A DNA stretch of 64,000 bases from an uncultured Acidobacteriaceae bacterium (GTDB taxonomy: Bacteria > Acidobacteriota > Terriglobia > Terriglobales > Acidobacteriaceae): assembly GCA_963807075.1 (NCBI GenBank), contig CAWEAO010000018.1, positions 273,555-337,554 of the forward strand, read 5' to 3'. Both the position numbers and the translations under genes were made by a program. Each line of letters starts with the position of its first letter. The first letter of the stretch is position 1. This document shows, one piece after another, positions 28,008 through 39,047 of the stretch. The notes beneath the pieces are model-generated. The model was not told where the DNA came from. It ran no database searches and saw only the letters and a list, made by a program, of their open reading frames with translations.

Positions 28008-28518
28008 GGCAGTGCTATCTGACGCTGCCGCGGCGGATCAGGTGCAGCGCGCCAGCTGTCTCGCGCACGGAGGTCAGGGGAGGGCGACCTTTCCCTTAAA
28101 TCCAAAGTAAACGCTATCTACCCATCCCCTGCAGCATCAACTGCCGTTCAGTGACGACCATCACACACCCTCAGCCGGTTGGCTGAGATAGCGTTATTGG
28201 CGGTCTACTGAAACGATTTAGGCGGGGCATTTCAGGCATTCGCCAGTGAGCCATTCAACTCAGCGATGATCTCGCTCGATGGCCATCGAATTTGTGTGAT
28301 TGCTTCGTTTGTGCGTGCGGGTAGCCGATAGATGGTGGCAGCTCAGAAAGTCAGCTGAAGCCATGTTGAGTCGAGAGACATTGCAGCACCGGCTAGAGTG
28401 CAATTCGATGGAGAGAATCTCCAGAGTCGGCGAAAGAGCCGAGCTTTCAGATCGAAAGCAAAATGCACTTTCCAGGCTGCAGTAACCAGACAGTATCACT
28501 TCGGAATAGGAGAGTCAG

Positions 28519-31500
28519 ATGGAAGTGAAATCAATTCAAAGGATCTGCAGGGTCCTTTTGCTACCGTTGTTGTTTGCATTGGCAAGCGTGGGGTTGCATG
28601 CGCAGGCCAATTCGAACATCACCGGCATCGTTTCGGACCAGACCGGAGCAGTCGTCGCGGGAGCGAAGGTTGTTCTGACTGATCCAGCCACGGGCGCAAT
28701 TAAAACAACGATAACGGGCGACACCGGTCTGTACGAAATTGCCGGTTTGAACGCAGCAAACTACAACATGACGGTCACGGCGAAGGGATTCCAGACATTT
28801 GTACAGAATGGAATCGTCGTCAACGTGTCAGCAACATTTCGTGTTGACCCCAAGCTCACGGTTGGCTCGGAAGCAACAACGGTCACTGTTGAGGCCAACG
28901 CCCTGACGGTGCAAAGCGATTCAAACGTTGTGAGCACGCTGATCAACGAGCAGCAAATTACCGAACTCGCGACCAACGGCCGCAACATCGTCGCACTTGC
29001 GACATTGGGACTCGGCGTCAGCGGCAACCTGCCGGACTCGAACACGCCGACTTCAGTAGGCTCGAGCTTTGCAATCAGCTTCAACGGTCTGAACCAGGCA
29101 CACAATATCTGGCTGATCGATGGCGGCGAAGCATATGACCGCGGTTCCGGCGGCAAATCGTCCATGATGCCTTCGCAGGATGCATTGGGCGAATTCACAG
29201 TAATGGCCAGCAACTATCCACCGGACTACGGTATCTCTTCAGGCGGCACGATTTCGATGTCGATCAAGAGAGGCACGCAGGCTTTCCACGGTACGTTGTG
29301 GGAATTCGTTCGCAACGACGCCCTTCAGGCACACAACTATTTCGATGCCCCCGGCGCGAATAAGCCGGAACTTCGTCTGAACATTTTCGGCGGCAACCTT
29401 GGTGGTCCGCTGTACATTCCTCACGTTTACAACGACAACAAGCAGCGGACATTCTTCTTCGTCAACGAAGAGTGGCGCAAAATCGTGCAGGGCAGCGCAC
29501 CGGCCGGCATTCACGCGATTCCGGACTCGAACTTCATTACTTCGGCGCAGGACTTTACCTACGTCGCTCCGGCCTACAACTCGGGCCATCAGATTGTGGT
29601 TCCGAACCCGGCTCCGGGCACGGCGCTCGCAGCGGCGATTGCAGCGGATGGACTCACACCAGGCAGTCCATTCCCAGGAAACGTCGTCAAGGCAAACTTG
29701 CTTGACGCTGTGGCCCTCCAATTCAACAGCGTTGGAGGAATTCCGAAGGCGAACGTTTCAGGCGACCTGATCTCGGTTTCGAGCAAGCAGCCGACCAACG
29801 TCCGTGAGGACCTCTTCCGCATCGATCACAACATCAATGACAAATGGCAGCTCTTTGGCCACTACATTGGCGACTCGGTTAGCCAAACCTATGCCACGTC
29901 AATGTGGAGCGGTGACAGCTACCCTACAGTTGGCTCGAACTTCAGCAACCCATCGTGGAGTTCAGTAATCAAGCTGACCGGTTCTCTCACGCCGAATGTG
30001 CTTCTTGAGGCCGCGTTCAATTTCAACGGCAACAAGATCAGCATTCTACCTTCGGGAACCGCCTATCAGAAACCGTCCGGCTGGTCGGGACAGTCGTTCT
30101 TCCCGCAGACGTCCGCTGCTGACAATCGTTTACCCAGCGTGAACCTTGGTTCGTATGGAACACAATTCGACCCATGGTCACAGCCCTGGAAGAACGCCGC
30201 TATGGACTACGCCGAAGTGTTTGGCCTCTCGGTCACGGAAGGCAAACACACGATGAAATTCGGCGGCGGCTACAACCGCTACACCAAGAACCAGCAGATC
30301 TTCGGAAACAAAAACGGCTACTTTAACTTCAGCGACAACTGGGACAAAGGCGCGCCGACAACGGCGAACCTTACTGGCGACTCATACATCGACTTCCTGA
30401 TGGGATTGAGCACCGGCTATTCGCAGTTGCAAAACCAGGACATCCGTCACTACGTGAATCAGACGGTTTCGGCATATGCAGAAGACAATTGGCATATTTC
30501 GAGCCGCTTGAGCCTGCAGTACGGTATTCGCTATGATGCGATGCCGCATGCGTGGGAACGGAACAATCTGCTGGCGAGCTTCGATCCGAAGCAGTACCAG
30601 GCAGGACAAGCCCCGACGGTCGATCCCTCGACGGGTGCGTTCTGTACCGCCGTTTCTGGTACTTGCCCGAACGTCAGCGCTGGATTGCAAACCTATCAAG
30701 GTGCGCAATTCTATCTGAATGGCGTAACCATCGCCGGACAGAACGGGACGCCAACTGGTATGACAAAGAACTTCTACAAGACTGTCATGCCTCGCCTCGG
30801 GTTTTCGTATGACGTGACGGGGAATGGCAAGACCGTTCTTCGGGGCGGCTTTGGTACGTTCTTTGAGCGTATGCAGGGCAACGACGTTTACAACATTGCA
30901 GCGGCGGCGCCGTTCTCGAACACGCCGAGCCTGAGCAACGTCGGATTCGCAAATCCATTCGCGAGCTGGCAAACCGGCGCCACCTTACCATCGACGAGCT
31001 TGCCGGTCGTGCCGCAAGGCATGACGACCATCGATACCAACTACCCAGCTCCAGGTGTTGCGCAATACAGCCTGGGCGTGCAGCGTGAGATCGTTCCTTC
31101 TTTGATCTTCATGACGCAGTATGTGGGTAATATCGGGTGGCATCAGAACGTTATATTCCCGATCAATCCGTTCCCGCTGGGCACAAATATGGCAACTCGC
31201 CAATTGGCAGGCGCCGGGAAACTCACAGGTGCGCAGACAACACTGGCTCGGACGTTCCCTGGGTTCAACGGAATCAGCCAGGAATCGAACATTGCCACCT
31301 CAAGCTACAACAGCTTCCAGGCTGGACTCCGTCAGCAGAGCCGGCACGGTCTGAGTTTCGAAATCGACTATACGTATGCACACGAAATCGATACCCAGGT
31401 AGGCAGCTCGGATCTGAACACATCCACGAACCCGTTCAATCTGAAGTATGACAAGGGATCTGGCTCGCTCGATCGTCGCCAGATTTTCAGTGCGAACTAT

Positions 31501-32040
31501 GTCTGGCAGATACCGTTGTTCGCGCACTCCAAGGGATTGGCGCACGCGATAATCGGCGGTTGGGAACTCTCCGGTACAGTGATCTCTGAGACTGGTCTGC
31601 CATGGGCCGGCAACAACGCTCCGAGCGATGGTGGCAGTGATACCGTCGGCCTGGGCGGCAACTACACCATCCGTCCTAACTTCACGGGCAAGGTGCATTA
31701 TCCGAAGGCGAGAAACGCCAGCGGCGTCTACCAGTATGTCTCGGCAGCCGGATTCACGCAGCCAGTGGCGGCGTGGAACGGCGGTCAGAACCTGGGATTC
31801 GGCAACGCGGGCAGGGACATCGTTGTTGGTCCCGGTCGCACCAACTTCAACACGAACCTCTACAAGTCGTTTGCGATCACCGAGCGTGCACACTTTGAGT
31901 TCCGCTGTGAATCGTATAACACGTTCAATCACACGCAGTTCAATAACTTTCACAACAACATTACCGGAAGCGATTTCGGCAATGTGAGCGGCGTGCAGGA
32001 TCCGAGAACCTTCGAACTCGCAGGCAAGCTGGTCTTCTAG
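28519..32040 (+). CDS. TonB-dependent receptor (Oar-like, carboxypeptidase-regulatory N-domain)
   Basis: Signal peptide; ITGIVSDQTGAVVAGAKV; GTLWEFVRNDAL; NIFGGNLGGP; PRLGFSYD; GPGRTNF; ends DPRTFELAGKLVF. Confidence 0.92.
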   Translation: MEVKSIQRICRVLLLPLLFALASVGLHAQANSNITGIVSDQTGAVVAGAKVVLTDPATGAIKTTITGDTGLYEIAGLNAANYNMTVTAKGFQTFVQNGIVVNVSATFRVDPKLTVGSEATTVTVEANALTVQSDSNVVSTLINEQQITELATNGRNIVALATLGLGVSGNLPDSNTPTSVGSSFAISFNGLNQAHNIWLIDGGEAYDRGSGGKSSMMPSQDALGEFTVMASNYPPDYGISSGGTISMSIKRGTQAFHGTLWEFVRNDALQAHNYFDAPGANKPELRLNIFGGNLGGPLYIPHVYNDNKQRTFFFVNEEWRKIVQGSAPAGIHAIPDSNFITSAQDFTYVAPAYNSGHQIVVPNPAPGTALAAAIAADGLTPGSPFPGNVVKANLLDAVALQFNSVGGIPKANVSGDLISVSSKQPTNVREDLFRIDHNINDKWQLFGHYIGDSVSQTYATSMWSGDSYPTVGSNFSNPSWSSVIKLTGSLTPNVLLEAAFNFNGNKISILPSGTAYQKPSGWSGQSFFPQTSAADNRLPSVNLGSYGTQFDPWSQPWKNAAMDYAEVFGLSVTEGKHTMKFGGGYNRYTKNQQIFGNKNGYFNFSDNWDKGAPTTANLTGDSYIDFLMGLSTGYSQLQNQDIRHYVNQTVSAYAEDNWHISSRLSLQYGIRYDAMPHAWERNNLLASFDPKQYQAGQAPTVDPSTGAFCTAVSGTCPNVSAGLQTYQGAQFYLNGVTIAGQNGTPTGMTKNFYKTVMPRLGFSYDVTGNGKTVLRGGFGTFFERMQGNDVYNIAAAAPFSNTPSLSNVGFANPFASWQTGATLPSTSLPVVPQGMTTIDTNYPAPGVAQYSLGVQREIVPSLIFMTQYVGNIGWHQNVIFPINPFPLGTNMATRQLAGAGKLTGAQTTLARTFPGFNGISQESNIATSSYNSFQAGLRQQSRHGLSFEIDYTYAHEIDTQVGSSDLNTSTNPFNLKYDKGSGSLDRRQIFSANYVWQIPLFAHSKGLAHAIIGGWELSGTVISETGLPWAGNNAPSDGGSDTVGLGGNYTIRPNFTGKVHYPKARNASGVYQYVSAAGFTQPVAAWNGGQNLGFGNAGRDIVVGPGRTNFNTNLYKSFAITERAHFEFRCESYNTFNHTQFNNFHNNITGSDFGNVSGVQDPRTFELAGKLVF

Positions 32041-32058
32041 TTCGAACCTGAACCATTG

Positions 32059-32094
32059 GGGCGCGATGGCCTTTGCCATCGCGCCCTGTTTTTT
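32059..32094 (+). terminator. Intrinsic terminator
   Basis: 12-bp stem GGGCGCGATGGC/GCCATCGCGCCC followed by TGTTTTTT. Confidence 0.85.
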
Positions 32095-32208
32095 AGAGTG
32101 CAGATCCCCAGCAAGCTGTTCCAACTGCCGACGCCAGTGCGGAGAGCTACACAGATCCCTTTGACCAGGGCGCCAAGTTCATACGACAACATGCAAGACT
32201 GATGCGCG

Positions 32209-35200
32209 TTACATGAGTGTCAGCGTAACGGTAGTGGCGTGATTGACCCCATTCGCCGAGTGGGCGTTGACGGTGACATTGACTATCGTCGATTGGGCGG
32301 ATGTCGTCTGACTTGAGTTCAGGGCCGTATGTCCGCCGCATCCGATGGCTCCGGCGCCGAGAATCACGATTGCCAGGAACAGCGCCGACGCGGAGAGCAG
32401 CTTGAGGAGCCTTCTGCGCTGCTTCGAAGAAATCCAAAACAGAAGAGGAAAGAGCGCCAGGGCGAATGGCGCACGTGAGCGAATCTCGTTACCCGAACCT
32501 GCGGCAAGCGGAGCAGTGTGTATCGTCATCTGCACCACCGAGGTGCCGTCAGGCTGCTTTGCCGGTGTGCCGAAGGAGCAGGTCGAGCCGGCCGAGAGTC
32601 CAGAGCAGTCAAGTGAAGGAATTTGGTCGAAGCCGTTCTTCGGTGTAATCAGGAGGGCAACGTCGACGCTCTGGCCGGGAGAAGCAGAGATGCTCGATGG
32701 GGTGGCTTTGACCTCGAAGTCAGGGCCCATGATGTTAACGGTGACTGCGTTCGAGCTTGATCCGCCGAAAGAACTGTCGCCTGCGTAGCTGGCTGTGATG
32801 GCGTCGTTGCCCGGCGGTAAGGCTGCGGTTGTGAGGTAAGCCTTTCCACTCGCGAGGACGGCAGTACCGATTTTGCTTTTTCCAATGAGGAAGTCCACGT
32901 TGCCCGTTGGAATTGCCGAACCAGAAATTGCCGCAACGGTTGCTGTCAAGCAGATCGTAAAGCCCTGGTCAGCTTGCGGAGTCGAGGAGGCAAGAGCAGT
33001 GCTGGTGACGAGCGCGCCCGGAGAGGGAACTGGATTGGGCGCAGCAACCAAAGGGTTAACGGTGATAGCGACGGAGTTCGAATTGGACGGATTGAAGAGT
33101 GAGGCGCCGGCGTAGGTGGCGGTAATGGAATCCAAGCCGGCCGGAAGCGATGATGTGGTGAGCGTCGCAGTCCCTGCGGTCAGCATCACTGTGCCGATAT
33201 TGGCTGAGCCGTTAAAGAAAGTGATGGAGCCAGTTGGAGTTGCATTGCCGCTGGCCTGCTTTACCGCGGCCGTCAGGGTAACCGCCGAATTCTGAGTGAT
33301 GCCTGTCGATGAGGTCGTCAGCATTGTCGATGTTTTGACGGCGACAGCGTTGACGGTGACGGCGACGATAGCGGAGGTGGACCTGTTGAAGGTAGAGGTA
33401 CCGGCGTAAGACGCAGTAAGTGAGTTGGCGCCCGCGGGGAGAGATGCAATCGTGATCGTTGCGGAACCGGCTGAGAGCTGCGCCGATCCGATCACTGCGG
33501 AGCCGCTGAAGAAAGTGACCGAGCCGGTGGGCGCGATGGTGCCGCTGGCTTGCTTGACGATGGCCGTCAGTGTCAACGGCGAGTTCTGGGTGATGCTGAT
33601 TGCGGATGGGGTAAGTGCTGTGACCGTGTTAACGGCGGTAGGAGCAGCAAGACTAACAGTGACAGACACGATGTTAGAGCTGGAAGCCTTGAAGGAGACA
33701 GCGCCGGAGTAAGCGGCAGTGACCGAGTCGGTTCCAACGGGGAGTGCCGATGTAGAGATGCTTGCGATTCCGGAAGAGAGCGTCGCGGATCCGAGTGAGA
33801 CTGTGCCGCTGTAGAACGTCACGGTGCCCGTCGGGAGAGCAGCGCCACTGGCTGGCTTCACTGTCGCCGAGAGGGTGACAGACGCATTCTGCGTGAGGGC
33901 AGACGAGGACGACGCCAATGTCGTAGTGGTGCTGACTGCGGCAGAATTCACGGTGATAGGAATGACATTGGAAGTGGATGCAAGAAAATTTGTCGTTCCT
34001 GCGTAAATGGCGGTGACAGAGTCGGTTCCAACAGGGAGTGCAGATGTAGAGATGCTTGCGATTCCAGAAGAGAGCGTCGCCGATCCGAGGGGGGTCGCGC
34101 CGCTGTAGAAGGTGACCGAGCCCGTGGGAGCACCGGTTCCGCTTGCTGGCTTCACTGCTGCAGAAAGAGTGACGGGCGTGCCTTGCGTGATCGTCGAGGC
34201 GGAAGAGGAGAGTGAAGCACTCGTCCCGATGACGGCCGGGATTGGCAGTGACCGTCAGATTGAAGGTAGCAGAATGCACGCGATCGCCACTGATGGCCCA
34301 TAAAGTGACCGGCACAGTTTGCGCAGTGGATGTGGACGATGCCGTGAGTGTCAGGGTGGAGTAGCCGTTGGTCAGGCTCTGGTTGCTGAAGGATGCCGTT
34401 ACGCCCGTGGGCAATCCGGAGACACTGAGATTCACTGCGCCAAAGTTGAAGGAGTTTACACGAACGTTTGCAGTCGCAAGACCGGATGTCATGGTGTAGG
34501 AGCCGCTGTCAACACTGACATTGAGGTCGGGGTAAGCTGCGGAGGGCGGTGCGCAGGATGATGCTGGCGACGCACTTGGTTCTGCCCATGTGGAGTTGTA
34601 ATCGGCTCCGGTGGCAGTCTGCCAGCCGGCGAGGTCAACGTTTTTGCCATTGGCAATGCGGAATGCGTTCGGCGTGCCGGGGTCGTACCAAGTATTGAAG
34701 CTGGATTTCACCGTGCTGGTGAAGTCGGTCCAGTCCGTTCCGCTGACGTACGTGCCGAAGACATACTGCCCGGGAAGCGCATCGATAAACTCGTTGCCGG
34801 ACATCGTGGTTCCCGTTGTGACAAGGTTGTAGACTTGGCCCGTCTGCCAGTTAGTGGTGCTGATGCCACCTGCGGTTCCGGCAAGATAGAACTGTGCCTG
34901 GTATTTGTTGGTTGCGCCGTTGTTGTAGAAGACGTTGTTGTCGACAGTCAGTTCCTGAGTGTTGAGGACATTTACGCCGACTCCGCTGGAGCAAAGGTGG
35001 CTGTTCTCAAGAGTGACGGGGCCTTCGTTGCGCTCGAGCTGAAGCGCGGCGTTGTAACTTCCGACAAGCGTGGCGTTGTTGATGGTGATGTTCTGGTTGT
35101 CGGTATCGAACCAGAGGCCCTGTGCCTGATTGTTATAGGAGAGGTGCCCCTGGACAGAGGTGGTTCGCATCTGGAAGAACTTCGCGCCGCCTGATGCCCA

Positions 35201-36154
35201 GTTGTACAAGGTGGCCTCCGCGCCACGCCAGTTGTTGTAATCAGTCTCGTTGCCGGTGTAGAGCGCGGCCTGATCTCTTGTTCCCTGAAAACCGACGCCG
35301 CCGTTGTAGCTGGCCATGGAATTCTGGACGGTGATGTTGCTGGACGACGAGATGCCGAGGCCGCCCCAGTTATTCCAATTTGCCTGGACTGAGTCAACGA
35401 GAACATTGGAACTGCTGGTAACCGTCGCGCCGCTGGTATTGATGCAACTCGCAGCGTGTTCGAAGACAAGGCCGCGCAGAACGATGTTGCTGCGGCCGAC
35501 GATGCTGATGGTTTTCGCGCGTGACGCCACTTCGATGGTGGCGTTTGAGGGTTCCGTCCCTGACGGCGGCCATAGGTGCAGCGTACCGTCGGTAGAGCCG
35601 ACGAAGAATGTGCCTGGTTTGAGGTCTGAGTAGTTAAGCACTTGCGTCATCGCGATGCCGTTCAGGAAGAGCATCTCGGTGTGAAGCGCGATGGGCTGCA
35701 AGGCGGGCCAACCGCTGGGGAGCGCACATGTGCTCTGGGCCGGTGTCCAGTTGGCGACATAAGCTCCGGAGTATTGAGGATCGGTGGACCATGCCGAGAT
35801 AAGATCGGACGCAGCAATAATGGCGGTTCCGTTTGTGGCGGCCTGAATCGTCAGTGCGGCTGATGTCTGGCCCGATACCGGATTGACGCTTACGGTTTCG
35901 CGATAGATGCCGGCATCGACAATGATTCTGGTTCCGATGCTTTTCTGATTATTGATGTTCGCCTTGTTCACAGCAGCCTGGATCGTCTTCAGTGGAGAAG
36001 AACTGGCGCCGGAATTGGCATCTGAACCGGAGTGCGCGTCGACATAAAGGACGGCGGTCTGATTTTCGACGACATTGGCCTGGGAACGCGCGCGGGGCCC
36101 GATAACTACCAGAGCCGCAAGGGAGAGGGAGCAAAGAACTCTCGCCAACTTCAT
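32209..36154 (-). pseudogene. Secreted right-handed beta-helix protein with tandem Ig-like (Big_3-type) repeats and C-terminal membrane anchor; one-base frameshift at about 34236
   Basis: Signal peptide at 36154; LYVDAHSGSDANSG..SPLKTIQAA; parallel beta-helix repeats; the frame breaks at TVTANP and resumes AVIGTSASLSSS into ORF 32209-34155 with repeated TGSVTFYSG...LG.ATLSSG.AS...ITATY.G units. Confidence 0.8.
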
Positions 36155-36529
36155 GACTTGCCTCAAAAAAGGAAAAAGATCGGCAATTAAGCACCGCGGC
36201 TTAGCATCCCCGCCGCAGCAGCGAAGAATTGCCGAGCCTGAGCTGCAGTACAGAAGGCGCTTCCTGTCTTGCTTCAACCTTCAGGCGCAAGCTTGAAACA
36301 GGCAGTGAGGGCGTAGTCAACGCACACTTCGGCCGTCCCTCGGATGGGGTGCTTCAAGCGCATGCGATATGGCGCATTGAGCTGTAAGGCTGCTAGGTGT
36401 GTTGATGTAATGTTAGCGAAAACTGATTGTATCCGGCGCGCGGAGTACCGATTGACTATTACTGAAGCACCGTTACGTTAGTTCAGTAAATATGTAGCAC
36501 CCGTCTGATTGGCCTTCAGGGAGCGCGCG

Positions 36530-37621
36530 CTATTCAGGATAGGGTTCGCCTGCGCGGACCACGCGAATGTCATGATCCGTGAACTGAGCATGTCCGCTGG
36601 GCAATTCCACCTTGGGCATATGGCAGCTTGTGCAGTTTGATTTTGCAACGGAGCAGGTCTTTGCCGCGGGATGTGATGATGCAGTTTTGGTTTCCGCATG
36701 GCATGCAAGACATTTGGCATCGTAGTACGCTACGTTGTGATTTACCGGCTGGTGCGGATTGTGACATGCGAGACAGCTGATGCGCGGATCGTTACCGATG
36801 AAGCACTTGCTGTTTTCAAGGCGATAAGGCTGGAAGCGCACGAATGCGGGACCGCGCCACTTGTTGTGCATCACGGTATCCCACGTGCGATGACACTGGC
36901 CGCAAAAGTCAGAAATCTGTTCGGAATCAAGACGGTTGAGTGATTTCGGCAAGGTCTTGAAGTTGTTCTGCGCGGCATCGGCCATGTGCTGCTGCGCACC
37001 GGCGTGGCAACGCTCGCAGTCGAGGCCGGGAGTGACTTTGGCTGGCTTCAATTTCTCGCCTGCGATGACTCCACTGCCGTGACAATTGAAACAGGTGCGC
37101 GTTTCCCAGATTGGCAGTTGGCGCCCCATTGCTTCTGTCACATTGTGGGGCGTGATCTTCTGGTCGCCGGGAGTGAGGGCGAGACCCTGGGCCGCCGGGA
37201 AGTAGCTCACAAGGCTTTCGTAGAAATGCCCATCCTTCTCAAGCACCCACGTTTGTGCGTGCTGCCCGAAGGTCCAATGGATGGGAAGTGTAAGAGTGTC
37301 AGAGCCGTCGGAGACCGTGTAGGTGCTCTGGCCATCCTTTGTCTGAATCCTGTAGGTATAACCACCCATCTGAACGCTGAGGTCGGGATGGGCGTTGAGC
37401 GTGGGATTGGCGCCTTGTGCTTCCATGGCGTGGCGCATCGGCGCGGTTGCGTAAGAAGTGGTGACGCCATTGTGACAGGTTGCGCAGGTGAGCGGAGCGT
37501 CCAATTGCTTCGCATGCTGAGCGAGGCCCGGGCGAGGTGCGAGGAACGCGCAGAAGACTACAGCAGCGGCGGCCGCGCCTGTTCTCGCTAAGATCGATCT
37601 TGAACTATTTCGCCAGGTCAC
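36530..37621 (-). CDS. Exported heptaheme cytochrome c
   Basis: Signal peptide; seven CxxCH: CATCH, CFNCH, CERCH, CGQCH, CLACH, CLACH, CTSCH; ends FTDHDIRV. Confidence 0.9.
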   Translation of the reverse strand: MTWRNSSRSILARTGAAAAAVVFCAFLAPRPGLAQHAKQLDAPLTCATCHNGVTTSYATAPMRHAMEAQGANPTLNAHPDLSVQMGGYTYRIQTKDGQSTYTVSDGSDTLTLPIHWTFGQHAQTWVLEKDGHFYESLVSYFPAAQGLALTPGDQKITPHNVTEAMGRQLPIWETRTCFNCHGSGVIAGEKLKPAKVTPGLDCERCHAGAQQHMADAAQNNFKTLPKSLNRLDSEQISDFCGQCHRTWDTVMHNKWRGPAFVRFQPYRLENSKCFIGNDPRISCLACHNPHQPVNHNVAYYDAKCLACHAETKTASSHPAAKTCSVAKSNCTSCHMPKVELPSGHAQFTDHDIRVVRAGEPYPE

Positions 37622-38744
37622 TGCAGATCCTGCGCTCGCGCGCTGCTTCTTCTCTGTTGCCGCTGCGGGAGTAGATGGAGACGAGTCCGAGGTGGGCTTC
37701 GAGGTTGTTGGGATCGGAGACGAGGATCTGGTTCAGCAGCTCGCCGCCGCGCTTCATGTCGCCAGTCTCAGCCAGCGAGCGACCTAGTGCGAGTTGGGCC
37801 ATCTCCATGTCGGGGGCATTGGCATAGGCGCGCTGCGCCGGTTGAAGAGCTTCGCTGAATCGGCCCGCAATTACGAGCGTAAGTGCGAGCATGGCGTTGG
37901 CCGTTTCGTTGGTTGGATTGGCGGCCAGTTCGCTGTGAAACTGATCGATGGCAAGACCTGGATCGTGCGGAAAGAGCAGAAAGCCGTAGAAGTAGTGGAG
38001 ATTGAGCGCGTCAGGATAGCGGGTGAAGAGCTGCGAGAAGAGTTCGTCGGCCTTCTCGTTATCGCCGGAGAGGAAGACATATCCTGCATTCCCGGCGGCT
38101 TGATATAGCTCGCGGTTCTGCGCAGGCACGTCTTTCGGAAAGGTGGGAATCCGCATTCCGGCGAGGCCGATGCCAATCATCAGATCGGGTGCATCGGCGT
38201 GCTTCGCGGCAAAGAGTCCGTATTGCTCAAGAGCGTCCTGGAACCGGCTGGCATGTGCGAGGAGTTGGGCGAGGTGGTAGCGAATGATCTGCTCATTCTG
38301 GGGTTGATTGAGAGCGCCGTGTGCGACCGCCTGCTCAAGATCGCGGAGCGCGCCGTCGTAGGCGCCGGTTTCATATTCGCAAAGACCTCGAAGCGCCATG
38401 GCGGGGACGGCGGTGGGAACAAGTTGGAGGAGGTGTGTGAATGCGTCGATGGCGCCGGGGAATTGGTTGGCGCTGTACTGGAGGACGCCGAGGTACCACC
38501 AGCCTTCCTGCCAATCGGGCTTGAGCTGCGTGGCCTGGCTGTAGAGCTGGATGGCGAGGGGCAGGTCCTGCCGGTTGCGGGCGGCAGCAGCGCGTGCGGC
38601 CAGGTCGTCAAACTCGGCGGGCGCCTGCTGAGGCGGGGGCGTTTCTGGTGCAGCGTACAGCGCACGCGTGACCGGAAGCGCGGGAATCAACACTAGAAAT
38701 AAGAGGCCGCGGGCGGCCGCAATGGGGAAGACGGAGATTGCCAC
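37605..38744 (-). CDS. Exported tetratricopeptide-repeat protein
   Basis: Signal peptide; repeated TPR helices (WYLGVLQY, ALRGLCEY, YHLAQLL, ALGRSLAE, AHLGLVSIY); overlaps the cytochrome start by 17 nt. Confidence 0.88.
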   Translation of the reverse strand: MAISVFPIAAARGLLFLVLIPALPVTRALYAAPETPPPQQAPAEFDDLAARAAAARNRQDLPLAIQLYSQATQLKPDWQEGWWYLGVLQYSANQFPGAIDAFTHLLQLVPTAVPAMALRGLCEYETGAYDGALRDLEQAVAHGALNQPQNEQIIRYHLAQLLAHASRFQDALEQYGLFAAKHADAPDLMIGIGLAGMRIPTFPKDVPAQNRELYQAAGNAGYVFLSGDNEKADELFSQLFTRYPDALNLHYFYGFLLFPHDPGLAIDQFHSELAANPTNETANAMLALTLVIAGRFSEALQPAQRAYANAPDMEMAQLALGRSLAETGDMKRGGELLNQILVSDPNNLEAHLGLVSIYSRSGNREEAARERRICSDLAK

Positions 38745-39047
38745 GTTCTGCCTGGGATGCCGTGCAAATTCTGTGATGTAAGACGAATCTGACGCAAAAA
38801 CATCGCCGGCTGGATTCCGCGGAATTCAGTTCCGGCGCGAGAGGAATCGTACCTCGAATGACATGGTAGCAGGTGGGGAGGGCGAAACGATCGCTTGCCG
38901 AAACGGGCCAGGGGAGTGCGTGACAGCTGTGTTTCAGGGTAAGTTCACGGATCGTCGAATGTTTGTCGCATAACTCCATGAGCCGCCGAGCTTTCCATGC
39001 GCCTTGAATGACATGACGCTTTAGTACCCGGAGAGGTATCTACCACT

